Source: Candidatus Poribacteria bacterium (GTDB taxonomy: Bacteria; Poribacteria; WGA-4E; WGA-3G). Taken from it: a stretch of DNA of 56,778 bases. Below are positions 24,772 to 34,635 of this stretch, piece after piece. The position numbers and the translations under genes are program-made. The stretch covers positions 1-56,778 of the forward strand of contig JAAXHI010000253.1 in assembly GCA_012270875.1 (NCBI GenBank). The letters are read 5' to 3'. Each line of letters opens with the position of its first letter. Positions within the stretch are counted from its first letter, which is position 1. Under the pieces are notes generated by a model. The model was not told the DNA's origin and made no database searches. It saw nothing but the letters and a program-made list of their open reading frames with translations.

Positions 24772-25896
24772 TTAGAAGTCTGCGAAAGCCTCGTCGTCTG
24801 AATGCCAGAACATCCCACGTAACCGAAACGTCTCATCTCGAACCGCTTCAATAGCGGCGTCTTCCATATCTACACCGAGTCCGGGAGCTGTTGGTAATTC
24901 GATAAACCCATCTTTGAATACCAAAGGGGTCGAAAATAGCCCTTCTCCACGTCGATGTCCACCCTCGCATATCAGCAAATTCGGCACCGTTGCTATCACA
25001 TGTACCGATGCCGCGACCCCGATAGGACCGGCAGCGTTATGCGGCGCAATTGCCATATTGTGAATTTCTGCCATTGCTGAGATCTTTTTGAGTTCCAATA
25101 TCCCGCCGCAGTGCCGAATGTCCGGTTGCAAGATTGCGCACATTTCACGCTCGATTACCTCTCGGAAACCCCATCGCGTCAAATGCCGCTCACCAGTTGC
25201 GATCGGCACTGTCGTTGATCTGGATAGTGCTAACAGCGGTTCGTTATTTTCTGGATGGCACGGTTCTTCAGCGAACAGGAGCCGAAAGGGTTCTAATTCC
25301 TTCACAAGAATTGTTGCCATTGTTGGGCTTAACCGTCGATGCAAATCAACAGCAATGTCTACCTCATTTCCCACAGTTTCGCGCACTGCTGCGACTCTCG
25401 TCACCATTACATCAATTGCCTTCGGCGTATCCACAAATCGTACAGGCTGTGACGAAGCACCCATCTTTACAGCACGGAATCCGGCTGCAACGGCTTTTTT
25501 CGCACTCTCAGCACATGCCTCAGGGGTTGTGCCGCCGATACCGGTATAGACACGGATCCGCTTTCGGACCGAACCTCCTAAGAGTTTCCATACTGGCATT
25601 CCGACGACTTTGCCGAAGACATCCCACATCGCCATCTCAATACCACTCAGCGCACCGACCAGTACAGGCATGCTCCGGCTGTAGCTTGACCGATACATCG
25701 CTTGCCAGTGGTCTTCTATCTGTAGTGGATCTTGACCAACAAGGTATTCCGCCATGTCGTCCACGGCTTGCGCGACGACACGCCAATGCTCGTAGTTCAT
25801 CGGTTCACCGTAGCCGATGATTCCTTCATCAGTGAACATTTTCAGGACCATTGCGCGTCCTTGAATCGGTATCGTCTCAAATCCGGTAATCTTCAT
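24772..25896 (-). CDS. Enolase-superfamily dehydratase (mandelate racemase / galactonate-dehydratase-like)
   Basis: MKITGFETIPI...GYGEP, DMAMWDVFGK, VDLHRR, FAEEP and ATGERH are present. The start is set at M41 (25896) to avoid overlap with the upstream gene. Confidence 0.88.
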   Translation of the reverse strand: MKITGFETIPIQGRAMVLKMFTDEGIIGYGEPMNYEHWRVVAQAVDDMAEYLVGQDPLQIEDHWQAMYRSSYSRSMPVLVGALSGIEMAMWDVFGKVVGMPVWKLLGGSVRKRIRVYTGIGGTTPEACAESAKKAVAAGFRAVKMGASSQPVRFVDTPKAIDVMVTRVAAVRETVGNEVDIAVDLHRRLSPTMATILVKELEPFRLLFAEEPCHPENNEPLLALSRSTTVPIATGERHLTRWGFREVIEREMCAILQPDIRHCGGILELKKISAMAEIHNMAIAPHNAAGPIGVAASVHVIATVPNLLICEGGHRRGEGLFSTPLVFKDGFIELPTAPGLGVDMEDAAIEAVRDETFRLRGMFWHSDDEAFADF

Positions 25897-25906
25897 AGTT
25901 GCTGTC

Positions 25907-26971
25907 CTAAGCTGGCCGCCACCGGATGACGCAGAAGTGTGAGTTCCCTGTGGCGTTCTCCCATTTACTGACATCACCGTAGCAGGAGCCGATGAAAGTG
26001 AGTATCTCCTCACCATCTAAACTAATGTGCCGCGGGAAGCCTGCGACATGTCCGTGACAGAGATAGTAGACTTCATCAGACCAAGTTTTGCCGTTGTCGC
26101 CGCTTAGCATCGCACGGCCACTGCCGAGTTCGCGTGGATACCGGTGGTCGTACGCCACAACAGCACGGTCGTTAGAAAGCCCGACAGCAGCACCGTGGCA
26201 CTGTCCGTGTACACTCGTCAATTGACGTAGGTCTGTCCAAGTGGCACCGTTGTCTACTGAGTCGGCAAGGAAAACGGTTTTGTTTGTATGCGGTTGGTCC
26301 GGCGGTCCGGGTTGGTAACGAATGACCCCGAGCAGCTGCCCGGGAAAGAGTTCTGCGATGTTGACCTCATTGCCGTAGTCCGACAAGAAGAAGCGGGTTG
26401 AGAAGGTGTATCCGTCATCTTCCGAAACGAAAGCATAGGTTGGATTCGTGCCTTCTTCAAACGGATCATCGCGCTTTTTGATTGGAAGGAGAAGCGTTCC
26501 ATCGCTGAGACGGGTTAGGCTTGAACCCGCGACGGTTTTCTGAAAGGGAGCAACGTCTATTTCACTCGTCTGTTCCCACGTTTCACCTTCATCATCGGAT
26601 ATCCAGACAGTGGTCGGTTGCTCTTCGCCCTGTTGGCTTACGTTAATCAGCTGCCCGTGCCGATTGGCTTGTAGTAGCCATCCGTTGAAACCGAATGCGG
26701 ACGGCTCTCTACTGAGGTGTTCCCAAGTCTTACCGCTATCTGTGGACTTGGAGATGATTGTCTGCTGTACCGCATAAATAGTCTTATCAGGCATCAAAAC
26801 GAGATTCAATCCCTGATAATGCGCTTCTGGGTCCAAAGGCATGCGGGTTTTCTCTACTTCTATCTCGTTTAGCACACCACCGCGGGCATGGAGAATATAA
26901 TCATCCGCTTGCATATCGCTCAATTGGCTTGGGGTAACGACAACGCCGCCCATGTTTTCGGTTGACAGCAT
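25907..26971 (-). CDS. BNR-repeat (sialidase / exo-alpha-sialidase-like) protein
   Basis: There are four Asp-box SxDxGxTW repeats: STDSGKTWE, SDDEGETWE, SVDNGATWT and SGDNGKTWS. Confidence 0.8.
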   Translation of the reverse strand: MLSTENMGGVVVTPSQLSDMQADDYILHARGGVLNEIEVEKTRMPLDPEAHYQGLNLVLMPDKTIYAVQQTIISKSTDSGKTWEHLSREPSAFGFNGWLLQANRHGQLINVSQQGEEQPTTVWISDDEGETWEQTSEIDVAPFQKTVAGSSLTRLSDGTLLLPIKKRDDPFEEGTNPTYAFVSEDDGYTFSTRFFLSDYGNEVNIAELFPGQLLGVIRYQPGPPDQPHTNKTVFLADSVDNGATWTDLRQLTSVHGQCHGAAVGLSNDRAVVAYDHRYPRELGSGRAMLSGDNGKTWSDEVYYLCHGHVAGFPRHISLDGEEILTFIGSCYGDVSKWENATGNSHFCVIRWRPA

Positions 26972-27136
26972 TTGTGGAACTCCTTACAGTAAATTTTTTC
27001 TTGTCTAATGTGCTGAATTATGTCAAAATGTGTGATATATCCTATCTCGCTAATTTACACGATAGTCCCGTACAATGCAAGCGATTTTGGAAGAAAACGT
27101 CAATGTCAGAACAAAAAAGGAGACGGAGGTCTGTAG

Positions 27137-27889
27137 ATGCCACAACAAGATGCAATAGAACATCTCGAAACATTCGGTTACTGCTTGATTGAAGATGCGA
27201 TTCCTGCAGCGCAAGCGGACGCGATGGCGGAGAAGTATTTCCAACTCCACCAAGACCCAGTGAATCGCCAGACTTTTCAAGACCCGAATGATGAACTGTA
27301 TCAAACCCTTTTCGGCGTAATCAACCTTGATGAGATGTGTTGGGGCTGCATTGCGCATCCAAAGGTGCTACAGGTCGTCCGTCATTTTCTCGGCGATAGT
27401 GCGCGGTTGGGTGAGGCTTGCACAAAGTGGGTCAAACCGCGTGCACCACAGGGTGGTATACACTCCGATTCGACGCACGATCTCCCTGCGCGTTTGCCCG
27501 AAACGCCGTGGATGATTAATTCGATCTGGATGATAACGGATTTTACGGTTGAGAACGGTGCAACGCTTGTTGTACCATTCAGTCATCGCGCACGGCGTAG
27601 ACCTTCGCAATCCGATATTGCTGAAAGTCATCCTGTGTCTGTCTGTGGAAGACGTGGCTCTGTGCTGTTGTGGCACGGCGGGACATGGCACGGGCAAGGT
27701 GCGAACACAACGGACGACCAGCATCGGATGGCATTAAACATTGCTTACTATCCGGCGTGGTGGAATCTGATGCGCGAGGGTGGGCACCAACCCGTTTTTC
27801 CTGAGACCTTTGCGCGAATGCCAGAAGACCTTCAAGCACTTGTTCGACATAAGGTAGCGAAAGAGCGCGGGGACATCTACGAGTTTTGA
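27137..27889 (+). CDS. Phytanoyl-CoA dioxygenase (PhyH) family Fe(II)/2OG oxygenase
   Basis: GIHSDSTHD (H-x-D) and LLWHGGTWHGQGAN are present, in the general PhyH layout. Confidence 0.8.
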   Translation: MPQQDAIEHLETFGYCLIEDAIPAAQADAMAEKYFQLHQDPVNRQTFQDPNDELYQTLFGVINLDEMCWGCIAHPKVLQVVRHFLGDSARLGEACTKWVKPRAPQGGIHSDSTHDLPARLPETPWMINSIWMITDFTVENGATLVVPFSHRARRRPSQSDIAESHPVSVCGRRGSVLLWHGGTWHGQGANTTDDQHRMALNIAYYPAWWNLMREGGHQPVFPETFARMPEDLQALVRHKVAKERGDIYEF

Positions 27890-27908
27890 TCCGACCAAAT
27901 TGCTCGCA

Positions 27909-28385
27909 TTATTGTTGCGTTGCAGTCTTGAGAACCGCTTTGGTAGCGTCTGAGATGTTAAGTGTTGTGAACGCCACATCGGACAACGTGACCCAATAGT
28001 ATGCCTGATGTTCAGTGGGATTGAGTTTGATTTCACCATCCTCGACTTCAACGAAGAAGTTGAAATGCCTCGTTTTTTTGCCGGAACTGGATATCCAATC
28101 GAAGGATCCGAGATATTCAAGGACTGCTGTTATGAGGCGTCCGGTCTCTTCTTGGACTTCTCGAGCGAGTGCTGTAAGTAGGTCTTCCCCCGCTTCCACG
28201 GTACCGCTTGGAATTCCAACAAAACCACCCATGGAATCAGATAGAACTCGCTCCAGAAGTAAGAACCTGTCATTTTTACAGATAACCGCACCCACAACCA
28301 ATTTTTGCACGCCATCTTTTCCAGCGTCAGTCAACAACTGCTGAATGATGGTAGGATCAATGTTTGACTGCATATTGTGGTTCAT
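27909..28385 (-). CDS. NUDIX hydrolase
   Basis: The Nudix box is GIPSGTVEAGEDLLTALAREVQEETG. Confidence 0.85.
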   Translation of the reverse strand: MNHNMQSNIDPTIIQQLLTDAGKDGVQKLVVGAVICKNDRFLLLERVLSDSMGGFVGIPSGTVEAGEDLLTALAREVQEETGRLITAVLEYLGSFDWISSSGKKTRHFNFFVEVEDGEIKLNPTEHQAYYWVTLSDVAFTTLNISDATKAVLKTATQQ

Positions 28386-29635
28386 TTCACGCGTTGCCCG
28401 GCTTGAAATACAGCAATCACTCGGCTAAACGCATCTACATTGCTCGTTGGATCAGTCTCGAAAGCGACGAGATCCGCGATTTTATCCGGTGCAATAGTCC
28501 CAATCTCATCTGCCATCCCGATTGCCTCCGCTGAGATACGGGTCGCTGAGATGAGTGCTTCTGCGGGCGTAAACCCGACTTCAACGAGCAGTTGCAAATC
28601 GTAATCGAGGTGCCCGAATGCGAGGTTGCCAACGCCTGAATCGGTGCCGGGTACAATCCGGTCGCGAAGGTCGTAGTCAAGCATACGTCGCATCACATCT
28701 AAGCGGGTTTCCGCGCGTGCCTCAAGTTGTTGCAATTCGGTTGTTTCGTCGGCAGAAATCGTCCCGCTGTCCCGTTTTACACGGAGTTCAACGATACGAG
28801 GATAGCCTGTCCATGCTTGGAGGGTCGGACTAATCCAGATGCCAGATTCTGCCATCATCTCGGCAATTTTCGGATCGAAACGGAGTTCGCCGTCTGGGTC
28901 AAGAAACTCCGCATGTTCCATTAAGTCGATGCCTGCCTCAACTGCACGCACCATCGATTCTTTCGCGCGGCAATGTGCCACCGTGAGGCGATGGAAGTGG
29001 TGTGCCTCATGGACAGCGGCGTGCAGCTCAGCGACAGTGTAACTGGCGCGTCCTGGAATCGTTCCGACAGTCCCGCCACCTGATGCCATAATCTTGATAT
29101 AGTCTGCGCCTTCGTGAACCAGCCGACGGACGGAACGTCGCATTTCAGCCTCGCCATCTGCTGTTTCGTTACACATGTGGAAATGTCCACCTGTGCAAGT
29201 GATGGGTCGTCCGCTGACTAAAGCACGAGGTCCCGGAATGTAACCGCGTTCAAGCCCTTCCTTGAGTGTAAATCCTACCATGTTTCTGGCACCGTGCTCG
29301 CGGATCGTCGTAATTCCGGCTGCAAGGTGGCGTTGCAGATTCATCGCACCCGTCAGCACCATCATCTCATCGGTTTCAGAGAACATCTGGACGTAGCTCC
29401 GTCCATCACCTGCGAGACTTAGGTGTGTATGTCCGTCAATGAGTCCTGGGGCGATGCATGCGTCACCGAGGTCGATAAGCTGCGCGTCGGGGGGTGCCTG
29501 TTTCGCAATCTCTTCTTGATGCCCGACGGCATCAATCCGTCCATTGGTTACGAGGAGTGCCTGATCGGTTTTAGCGGTTGTGCTTATTCCGTCTACAAGC
29601 AGCGCAGCACGAATCTGAACAGTTTGATTTGACAT
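28382..29635 (-). CDS. Metal-dependent amidohydrolase (imidazolonepropionase-like)
   Basis: APGLIDGHTHL is present. Downstream His/Asp ligands occur in HAAVHEAH and PGTDSG. The stop overlaps the NUDIX start (ATGA). Confidence 0.85.
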   Translation of the reverse strand: MSNQTVQIRAALLVDGISTTAKTDQALLVTNGRIDAVGHQEEIAKQAPPDAQLIDLGDACIAPGLIDGHTHLSLAGDGRSYVQMFSETDEMMVLTGAMNLQRHLAAGITTIREHGARNMVGFTLKEGLERGYIPGPRALVSGRPITCTGGHFHMCNETADGEAEMRRSVRRLVHEGADYIKIMASGGGTVGTIPGRASYTVAELHAAVHEAHHFHRLTVAHCRAKESMVRAVEAGIDLMEHAEFLDPDGELRFDPKIAEMMAESGIWISPTLQAWTGYPRIVELRVKRDSGTISADETTELQQLEARAETRLDVMRRMLDYDLRDRIVPGTDSGVGNLAFGHLDYDLQLLVEVGFTPAEALISATRISAEAIGMADEIGTIAPDKIADLVAFETDPTSNVDAFSRVIAVFQAGQRVK

Positions 29636-29668
29636 AAATCCGATTCCTTCTAAATTACCTTGTTGATA

Positions 29669-30514
29669 TTAGACCTTTACGACGAACTCCTCACACCCTT
29701 GCTGGAACCATTCTCGAAGGATGGTGTCCTCGTTACAAGTCCGTTTCGCCTGTGAACCTGACGCTTTTGAGAGGTCTATTATCGCCGAAACGATTTCATC
29801 TCCGAAAAATCCAGCCTCTGTGATGACGTTTCCATCTGGATGGACGATCTTTGAGTTTCCGTGCGATGAGCCCGGTGAGCGGATGTCATCAGGGTTCGCG
29901 GGTGTATTCGCCATCAGAAGATAAATCCCATTCTCCGTCGCACGCGAAATCGGCATCGCGCGGTAAGCAGACAACTTGTATTCCGATAACAGACCCGCTT
30001 CACACGAGCAGAAAATGCAGAGTTGCGCGCCCATCGCTGCGGGTAGCTTGACTAACTCCGGGTAGCGGACATCGTGGCAGATAATAAAACAACAGTCAAC
30101 ACCTGCCAACTGTACAATCGGCAATTTACCACGATTGTTGATACACCACTTCTCTCCTGCGAGGAAGGTCTTGCCGTAACGGTATTTAAGACTCCCCTTC
30201 TGATCGAAAATCGCTAAATCGTTGTGCCAATTCTCGCCATCGTGGTGTGCGGAACCGACGACAACAGCCATCGCGTGCCGACGCGCCGCCTCGGCAATCT
30301 TCGCCTCTGCCTCTTTAAAAACCTGTGGAGAGATGCGCTCCCAATAATCTGTCCGGCAACAGTAGCCGAACAGACACCCTTCCGGGAACACCACAATCTG
30401 AATCTCCATCTCCGCACACATTTCAATCTGTTGAAGTACTTTCGCTGTGCTCGCAGAAACGTCTTCGCTTGTGAGTAATTGACACGCCGCTATTTTAATC
30501 TGGTTCTCAGCCAT
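29669..30514 (-). CDS. Carbon-nitrogen hydrolase (nitrilase superfamily)
   Basis: IKIAACQL, VVFPEG (catalytic E), YGKTFL (K) and CCFIICHDVRYPE (C) are present. The start is at MAENQ (30514) with an AAAGGAGGA RBS. Confidence 0.85.
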   Translation of the reverse strand: MAENQIKIAACQLLTSEDVSASTAKVLQQIEMCAEMEIQIVVFPEGCLFGYCCRTDYWERISPQVFKEAEAKIAEAARRHAMAVVVGSAHHDGENWHNDLAIFDQKGSLKYRYGKTFLAGEKWCINNRGKLPIVQLAGVDCCFIICHDVRYPELVKLPAAMGAQLCIFCSCEAGLLSEYKLSAYRAMPISRATENGIYLLMANTPANPDDIRSPGSSHGNSKIVHPDGNVITEAGFFGDEIVSAIIDLSKASGSQAKRTCNEDTILREWFQQGCEEFVVKV

Positions 30515-30661
30515 CAGAATGTCCTCCTTTGCGTTTTTGGCATTGTAGCACACCTATCCATTTGATTCAAGCATTACAGCAGAAACCTGTTGACATGCGC
30601 TAAGCAATTTGATATAAGAGTTAGGTATTTACTATAGAAATCAGCGCAGGAGAAATAGATT

Positions 30662-31822
30662 ATGAAAATTACCGACATCAAACCTTACCCTGTTTGGGTA
30701 GGGCACAGGAATCAGCATATCGTCAAAGTGGAGACTGATGAGGGCATTTATGGTTGGGGTGAATCTGGACTTTCGAGTCGAGAATTGGCTGTTGTGGGTG
30801 CGGTTAAGCACTACCGAGAATTTCTGATTGGACGCGATCCGATGCAGATTGGCGGGTTGTGGCAGGAGATGTACCGGAGCCAGTATTTTGAGGGGGGTCG
30901 GGCATTAACAGGCGCGATCTCAGCGATTGACATTGCGCTCCACGATATTGTGGGGAAGGCGTTGAACGTACCCGTCTACCAGTTGCTCGGTGGAAAGTTA
31001 CGGGATGCGGTTCCGTGCTTTGCGACGACGGGGGCGGGGACGGTTGAACAATTAATCGAAAACGCCCAATTATTGCTGGATAACGGCTGGAACGTCATCC
31101 GAACAAATGTGTTGTATCGTGCGAAGCCGGGTGAGGAAAACATCTTTGAGCCGCGTGAATCTATCAGTCTTGCAGCGGAATGGTTGACGGCACTTCGGGA
31201 AGCCGTCGGATCTGAACCGGTCCTCGGTATTGATTACCATCACCGACTCAGCGTCGCGGAGGCAGCGTCCTTCTGTCAGCGTATGCCTTCTGGCACGCTT
31301 GATTTTTTGGAGGAGCCGATCCGAGATGAGACCCCGGAGGCGTATGAATCGCTACGGACGATGGTAGATGTGCCGTTTGCTATTGGCGAGGAATTTTCCA
31401 GTAAGTGGCAGTTCCTTCCCTATCTGGAGCGTGGGATCACGAACTTTGCGCGTCTTGATGTGTGCAATGTCGGTGGTTTGACGGAATCGATGAAGGTTGC
31501 TGGCTTGGCAGAGGCGCACTATATCGACCTGATGCCACACAATCCGTTGGGTCCCATTTGCACGGCTGCGACGGTTCATCTGGCGGCGGCTGTTACCAAC
31601 TTCGCTTGGTTGGAAATCCGTACCTCACCGACAGAGAATTCTGGACACTATGATGAGGACCTGTTCCCCGTTCAGCACAAACTTGAAGGTGCATCTATAC
31701 CGGTACCGGACGGTCCCGGGTTAGGGGTTGAAGTTAACGAAGAACTGGTAACGTCGCAAACATTCAAATTCGCAGAACCGCCACACCTGCGCCGACGGGA
31801 TGGATCACATACAAATTGGTAA
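30662..31822 (+). CDS. Enolase-superfamily dehydratase (galactonate-dehydratase-like)
   Basis: MKITDIKPYPVW...GWGESG, DIALHDIVGK, IDYHHR, LEEP and IGEEFS are present. Confidence 0.9.
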   Translation: MKITDIKPYPVWVGHRNQHIVKVETDEGIYGWGESGLSSRELAVVGAVKHYREFLIGRDPMQIGGLWQEMYRSQYFEGGRALTGAISAIDIALHDIVGKALNVPVYQLLGGKLRDAVPCFATTGAGTVEQLIENAQLLLDNGWNVIRTNVLYRAKPGEENIFEPRESISLAAEWLTALREAVGSEPVLGIDYHHRLSVAEAASFCQRMPSGTLDFLEEPIRDETPEAYESLRTMVDVPFAIGEEFSSKWQFLPYLERGITNFARLDVCNVGGLTESMKVAGLAEAHYIDLMPHNPLGPICTAATVHLAAAVTNFAWLEIRTSPTENSGHYDEDLFPVQHKLEGASIPVPDGPGLGVEVNEELVTSQTFKFAEPPHLRRRDGSHTNW

Positions 31823-31918
31823 TATGCTGTCCGAGAAGCTGCATGAGTTGTTGCGAGTTAGTGAGGCGTTATTGGTTTACACGAACCTGAACCCCAGTTA
31901 TGAATAGGATGTATTAAT

Positions 31919-32821
31919 ATGCAAATCAATTCGACTCCATTTGAAAAAAGAATTCGCGCCAGAGCATTATTCGGATACGCCATTCTTGCGATTATAGCAA
32001 CCATATTTTGTGTCGGTATCCTTAAGAACATCCTGCCTGGACTCAAAGAGTCATCCGCACTTAAAGATGCTTTAAGATCTCTATTACTATATCTTTTCTT
32101 TTCTCTGTTTACCCTCATCATGCTATCTCGCGCAGGTCTATCTTATAATCGACTTTTTGGAACCTTTCCTCCGTGGCGTACACTTGGACGGTATACTTTC
32201 TGGGCAATACCGGTGGCTATTCTCTCAGTGTCATCCATTCTTCTTCTCCAATTCCCACTATCCACAGTCATGCCTGAACCTATCAAAGAGCATCTTACCG
32301 ACGGACCCACAATTATACTCCATGGGGTTGGTGATAAATACGCTTTTGCAAATCTGCTGAATTTCCTTACAGTTGTGTTAGTCGCTCCAATCGTTGAGGA
32401 GTTCTTTTTTCGTGGTATTCTGTTGACCCGATGGTCTATCAAGTGGGGCGTTGTCCGAGCTGTTATTGTGTCATCAGGAATTTTTGCACTCCTGCATAAC
32501 AACATCATAGGTATGTTCTGTTTCGCTTGTGTGTTGGCTATTTTCTATATCCGAACGAAGTCGCTCTTTGTACCAATGAGTATTCATATCGCAAATAACA
32601 GCATTGCCTGGGCTCTCGATTGGCTCAGCACGGAGTTTAGCGAATCCACTTCACAGACAACAGGGGTAGAAATTTTAGAGCTTTGGCAGATAGGATTGAT
32701 AGGAGTTGTAATTACTATCCCGTGTTGGATCTACTTCTGGCGACGTTACATTTTGAAAACCGCCTGGCAGATGCCATATTTTGCTGAATCAACTAATAGT
32801 GAAGGTAATTTGTCCGGTTAG
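31919..32821 (+). CDS. CPBP-family intramembrane glutamic endopeptidase (CAAX protease-like)
   Basis: Motifs APIVEEFFFRGIL and FALLH occur in a polytopic protein. Confidence 0.85.
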   Translation: MQINSTPFEKRIRARALFGYAILAIIATIFCVGILKNILPGLKESSALKDALRSLLLYLFFSLFTLIMLSRAGLSYNRLFGTFPPWRTLGRYTFWAIPVAILSVSSILLLQFPLSTVMPEPIKEHLTDGPTIILHGVGDKYAFANLLNFLTVVLVAPIVEEFFFRGILLTRWSIKWGVVRAVIVSSGIFALLHNNIIGMFCFACVLAIFYIRTKSLFVPMSIHIANNSIAWALDWLSTEFSESTSQTTGVEILELWQIGLIGVVITIPCWIYFWRRYILKTAWQMPYFAESTNSEGNLSG

Positions 32822-32909
32822 ATTTCTCTTAATTATTCACACAAAGTATGTTATACTGTACAACACAATTTGTAAGAATTAGGATAGGATACGCATTGAA
32901 CCTGCCATA

Positions 32910-33188
32910 ATGGAATTTGAATGGGATGAACAGAAGAATCAAGAATGTATCCAAAAACGAGGAATTAGTTTCAAACGCGCTTCCCTCGTCTTTGATGATC
33001 CTGATCGGATAGAGCGCGTAGATGTTCGATACGACTATGGCGAAGAAAGAATCGTTGTTCTTGGTCGAAGCGCGGGTCGTCTCTTGTATGTGGTTTATAC
33101 GTGGCGCGGCAACACGCGTCGCATTATTTCAGCAAGAAAGGCAAGTAAGGATGAAAGACAAATCTACTTTAGTCAAATATACGCGTGA
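32910..33188 (+). CDS. brnT: BrnT-family (DUF497) toxin
   Basis: MEFEWDEQKNQECIQKRGISFKRASLVFDDP...RIISARKASKDERQIY. Confidence 0.85.
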   Translation: MEFEWDEQKNQECIQKRGISFKRASLVFDDPDRIERVDVRYDYGEERIVVLGRSAGRLLYVVYTWRGNTRRIISARKASKDERQIYFSQIYA

Positions 33189-33705
33189 AGAACTCACACA
33201 TGTTGCTGATGAAACAGATTGGGAAAAAGTCGATGCAATGAGCGATGAAGAAGTTTATCAAGACGCACTTAATGATAAAGATGCCCAACCCACTGATAAA
33301 ACTTTCTGGGAAACGGCACCTCTTCCTTCTCATCTAATGAACATTGATCCAGACCTCTTAAAGTGGTTCAAAGTCCGTACCGCTGACTGCGAAGCACAGA
33401 TTAACACCGTACTCCGGTCATACGTGGAGGCAAACAAACGATGTGCACACGCGGCTCTATTTGATCTCAAGGAGTCAGTACTGAATATTTTACGCGAAGC
33501 ACAATGTGAGGGGCCTATCCAACTTGAGGAAATCAGGCAACGTCTCGGTATTCCCAAGGTTGACTACAGAGATACTGCCAGAAGTAACTCGCTGGTTTGG
33601 GGCATCCTTTGTCATCTTCACGACGATGGATATGTTAGGCACACGCCGCGCATTGGATGGGAAATCACCGAGGTGGGTCGTACCGATGAAAACGCAAACG
33701 ATTAG
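33151..33705 (+). CDS. brnA: BrnA / DUF4415-like antitoxin with an extra ~75-aa C-terminal winged-helix-like extension
   Basis: ETDWEKVDAMSDEEV...DPDLLKWFKVRTADCEAQINTVLRSYV is the BrnA/DUF4415 pattern. The ORF then continues through LNILREAQCEGPIQLEEIRQRLGI...HLHDDGYV. It overlaps brnT by 38 nt. Confidence 0.7.
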   Translation: MKDKSTLVKYTREELTHVADETDWEKVDAMSDEEVYQDALNDKDAQPTDKTFWETAPLPSHLMNIDPDLLKWFKVRTADCEAQINTVLRSYVEANKRCAHAALFDLKESVLNILREAQCEGPIQLEEIRQRLGIPKVDYRDTARSNSLVWGILCHLHDDGYVRHTPRIGWEITEVGRTDENAND

Positions 33706-34615
33706 GTATGGAGAGAACGGCGGAGTCGAGATTATTGATATTGATGTCCCCGATCCGCAGGCGGGTGAAGTACAGGTTCGGCATGCGGCGTGTGGTGTCT
33801 GCGCATGGGACCTCGCGACTTTTCGGGACGGTGGTTATGCGCCTTCGGGTCATGAAGGTGTTGGTTATGTCACAAAAGTTGGGAGCGGTGTTCGAGATAT
33901 TGCGGAAGGGATGCGTGTTGCAAGCGTAGAATTGGGGTTCGATGGTATCAAGAACTGCTCGACCGAGGACGTATATGTACTTCCAGAATCGGATATTGCG
34001 GACGAATATTGGCTTGTTGAGCCGGTCTCATGTGTTGTAACAGGACTTGACACTGCTCCCTTACGACCTGCCGACAACGTTGTGGTTATCGGATGCGGTT
34101 TTATGGGACTTATGTTTGTTCAGGCATTGAGCCGATTCTATACGAATGACCTTATCGCTATTGATCTGGTTGCAGAACGTCTGAAACTGGCAGCGTCGTT
34201 CGGTGCTAAACTTACATATAATCCAAAGGAAATTGATGCTTCCGAATTGGTGTCAGAACTAAGAGCACGTTCAATTGATGTGGTGTTTGACTGTTCTGGC
34301 AAGGCTGCGGGGTTGAACCTCGCCACTAAAATTGTGCGCCGAGGTGGACATATCAATCTCTTCGGTTGTATTCGAGAGGAAGTGACGTTCAACGGTGGCG
34401 AATGGCACGGCGGCGCGTTTAATTTGGTGAGTTCCTCGCCGGGTGCACAGATTCGGGATCCGTTTCCACCAGCCATCCGATTCCTTGAGCGGCGTATCAT
34501 TGATCTGAGACCACTTGTAACGCATATCGTCCGACTTGAGGACTATCCCGCACTTCTCAAAGAAGCGACAAGTGGAGATGGAAGTTACATCAAAGGGGTC
34601 GTGAAAGCAGTGTAG
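33686..34615 (+). CDS. Zinc-type medium-chain dehydrogenase/reductase (MDR)
   Basis: ACGVCAWDL, GHEGVGYV and the Rossmann motif VVVIGCGFMG are present. The start is at MKTQTIRY (33686). Confidence 0.85.
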   Translation: MKTQTIRYGENGGVEIIDIDVPDPQAGEVQVRHAACGVCAWDLATFRDGGYAPSGHEGVGYVTKVGSGVRDIAEGMRVASVELGFDGIKNCSTEDVYVLPESDIADEYWLVEPVSCVVTGLDTAPLRPADNVVVIGCGFMGLMFVQALSRFYTNDLIAIDLVAERLKLAASFGAKLTYNPKEIDASELVSELRARSIDVVFDCSGKAAGLNLATKIVRRGGHINLFGCIREEVTFNGGEWHGGAFNLVSSSPGAQIRDPFPPAIRFLERRIIDLRPLVTHIVRLEDYPALLKEATSGDGSYIKGVVKAV

Positions 34616-34635
34616 AGGAATAGATATTGAGTACC

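Noticed and set aside
25897-26016. A 40-codon N-terminal extension of the dehydratase ORF that overlaps the BNR gene by 110 nt.
   Set aside because: Enolase-superfamily proteins begin MKIT.. as at 25896. The extension is Ser/Gly/Thr-rich and overlaps a well-supported gene.
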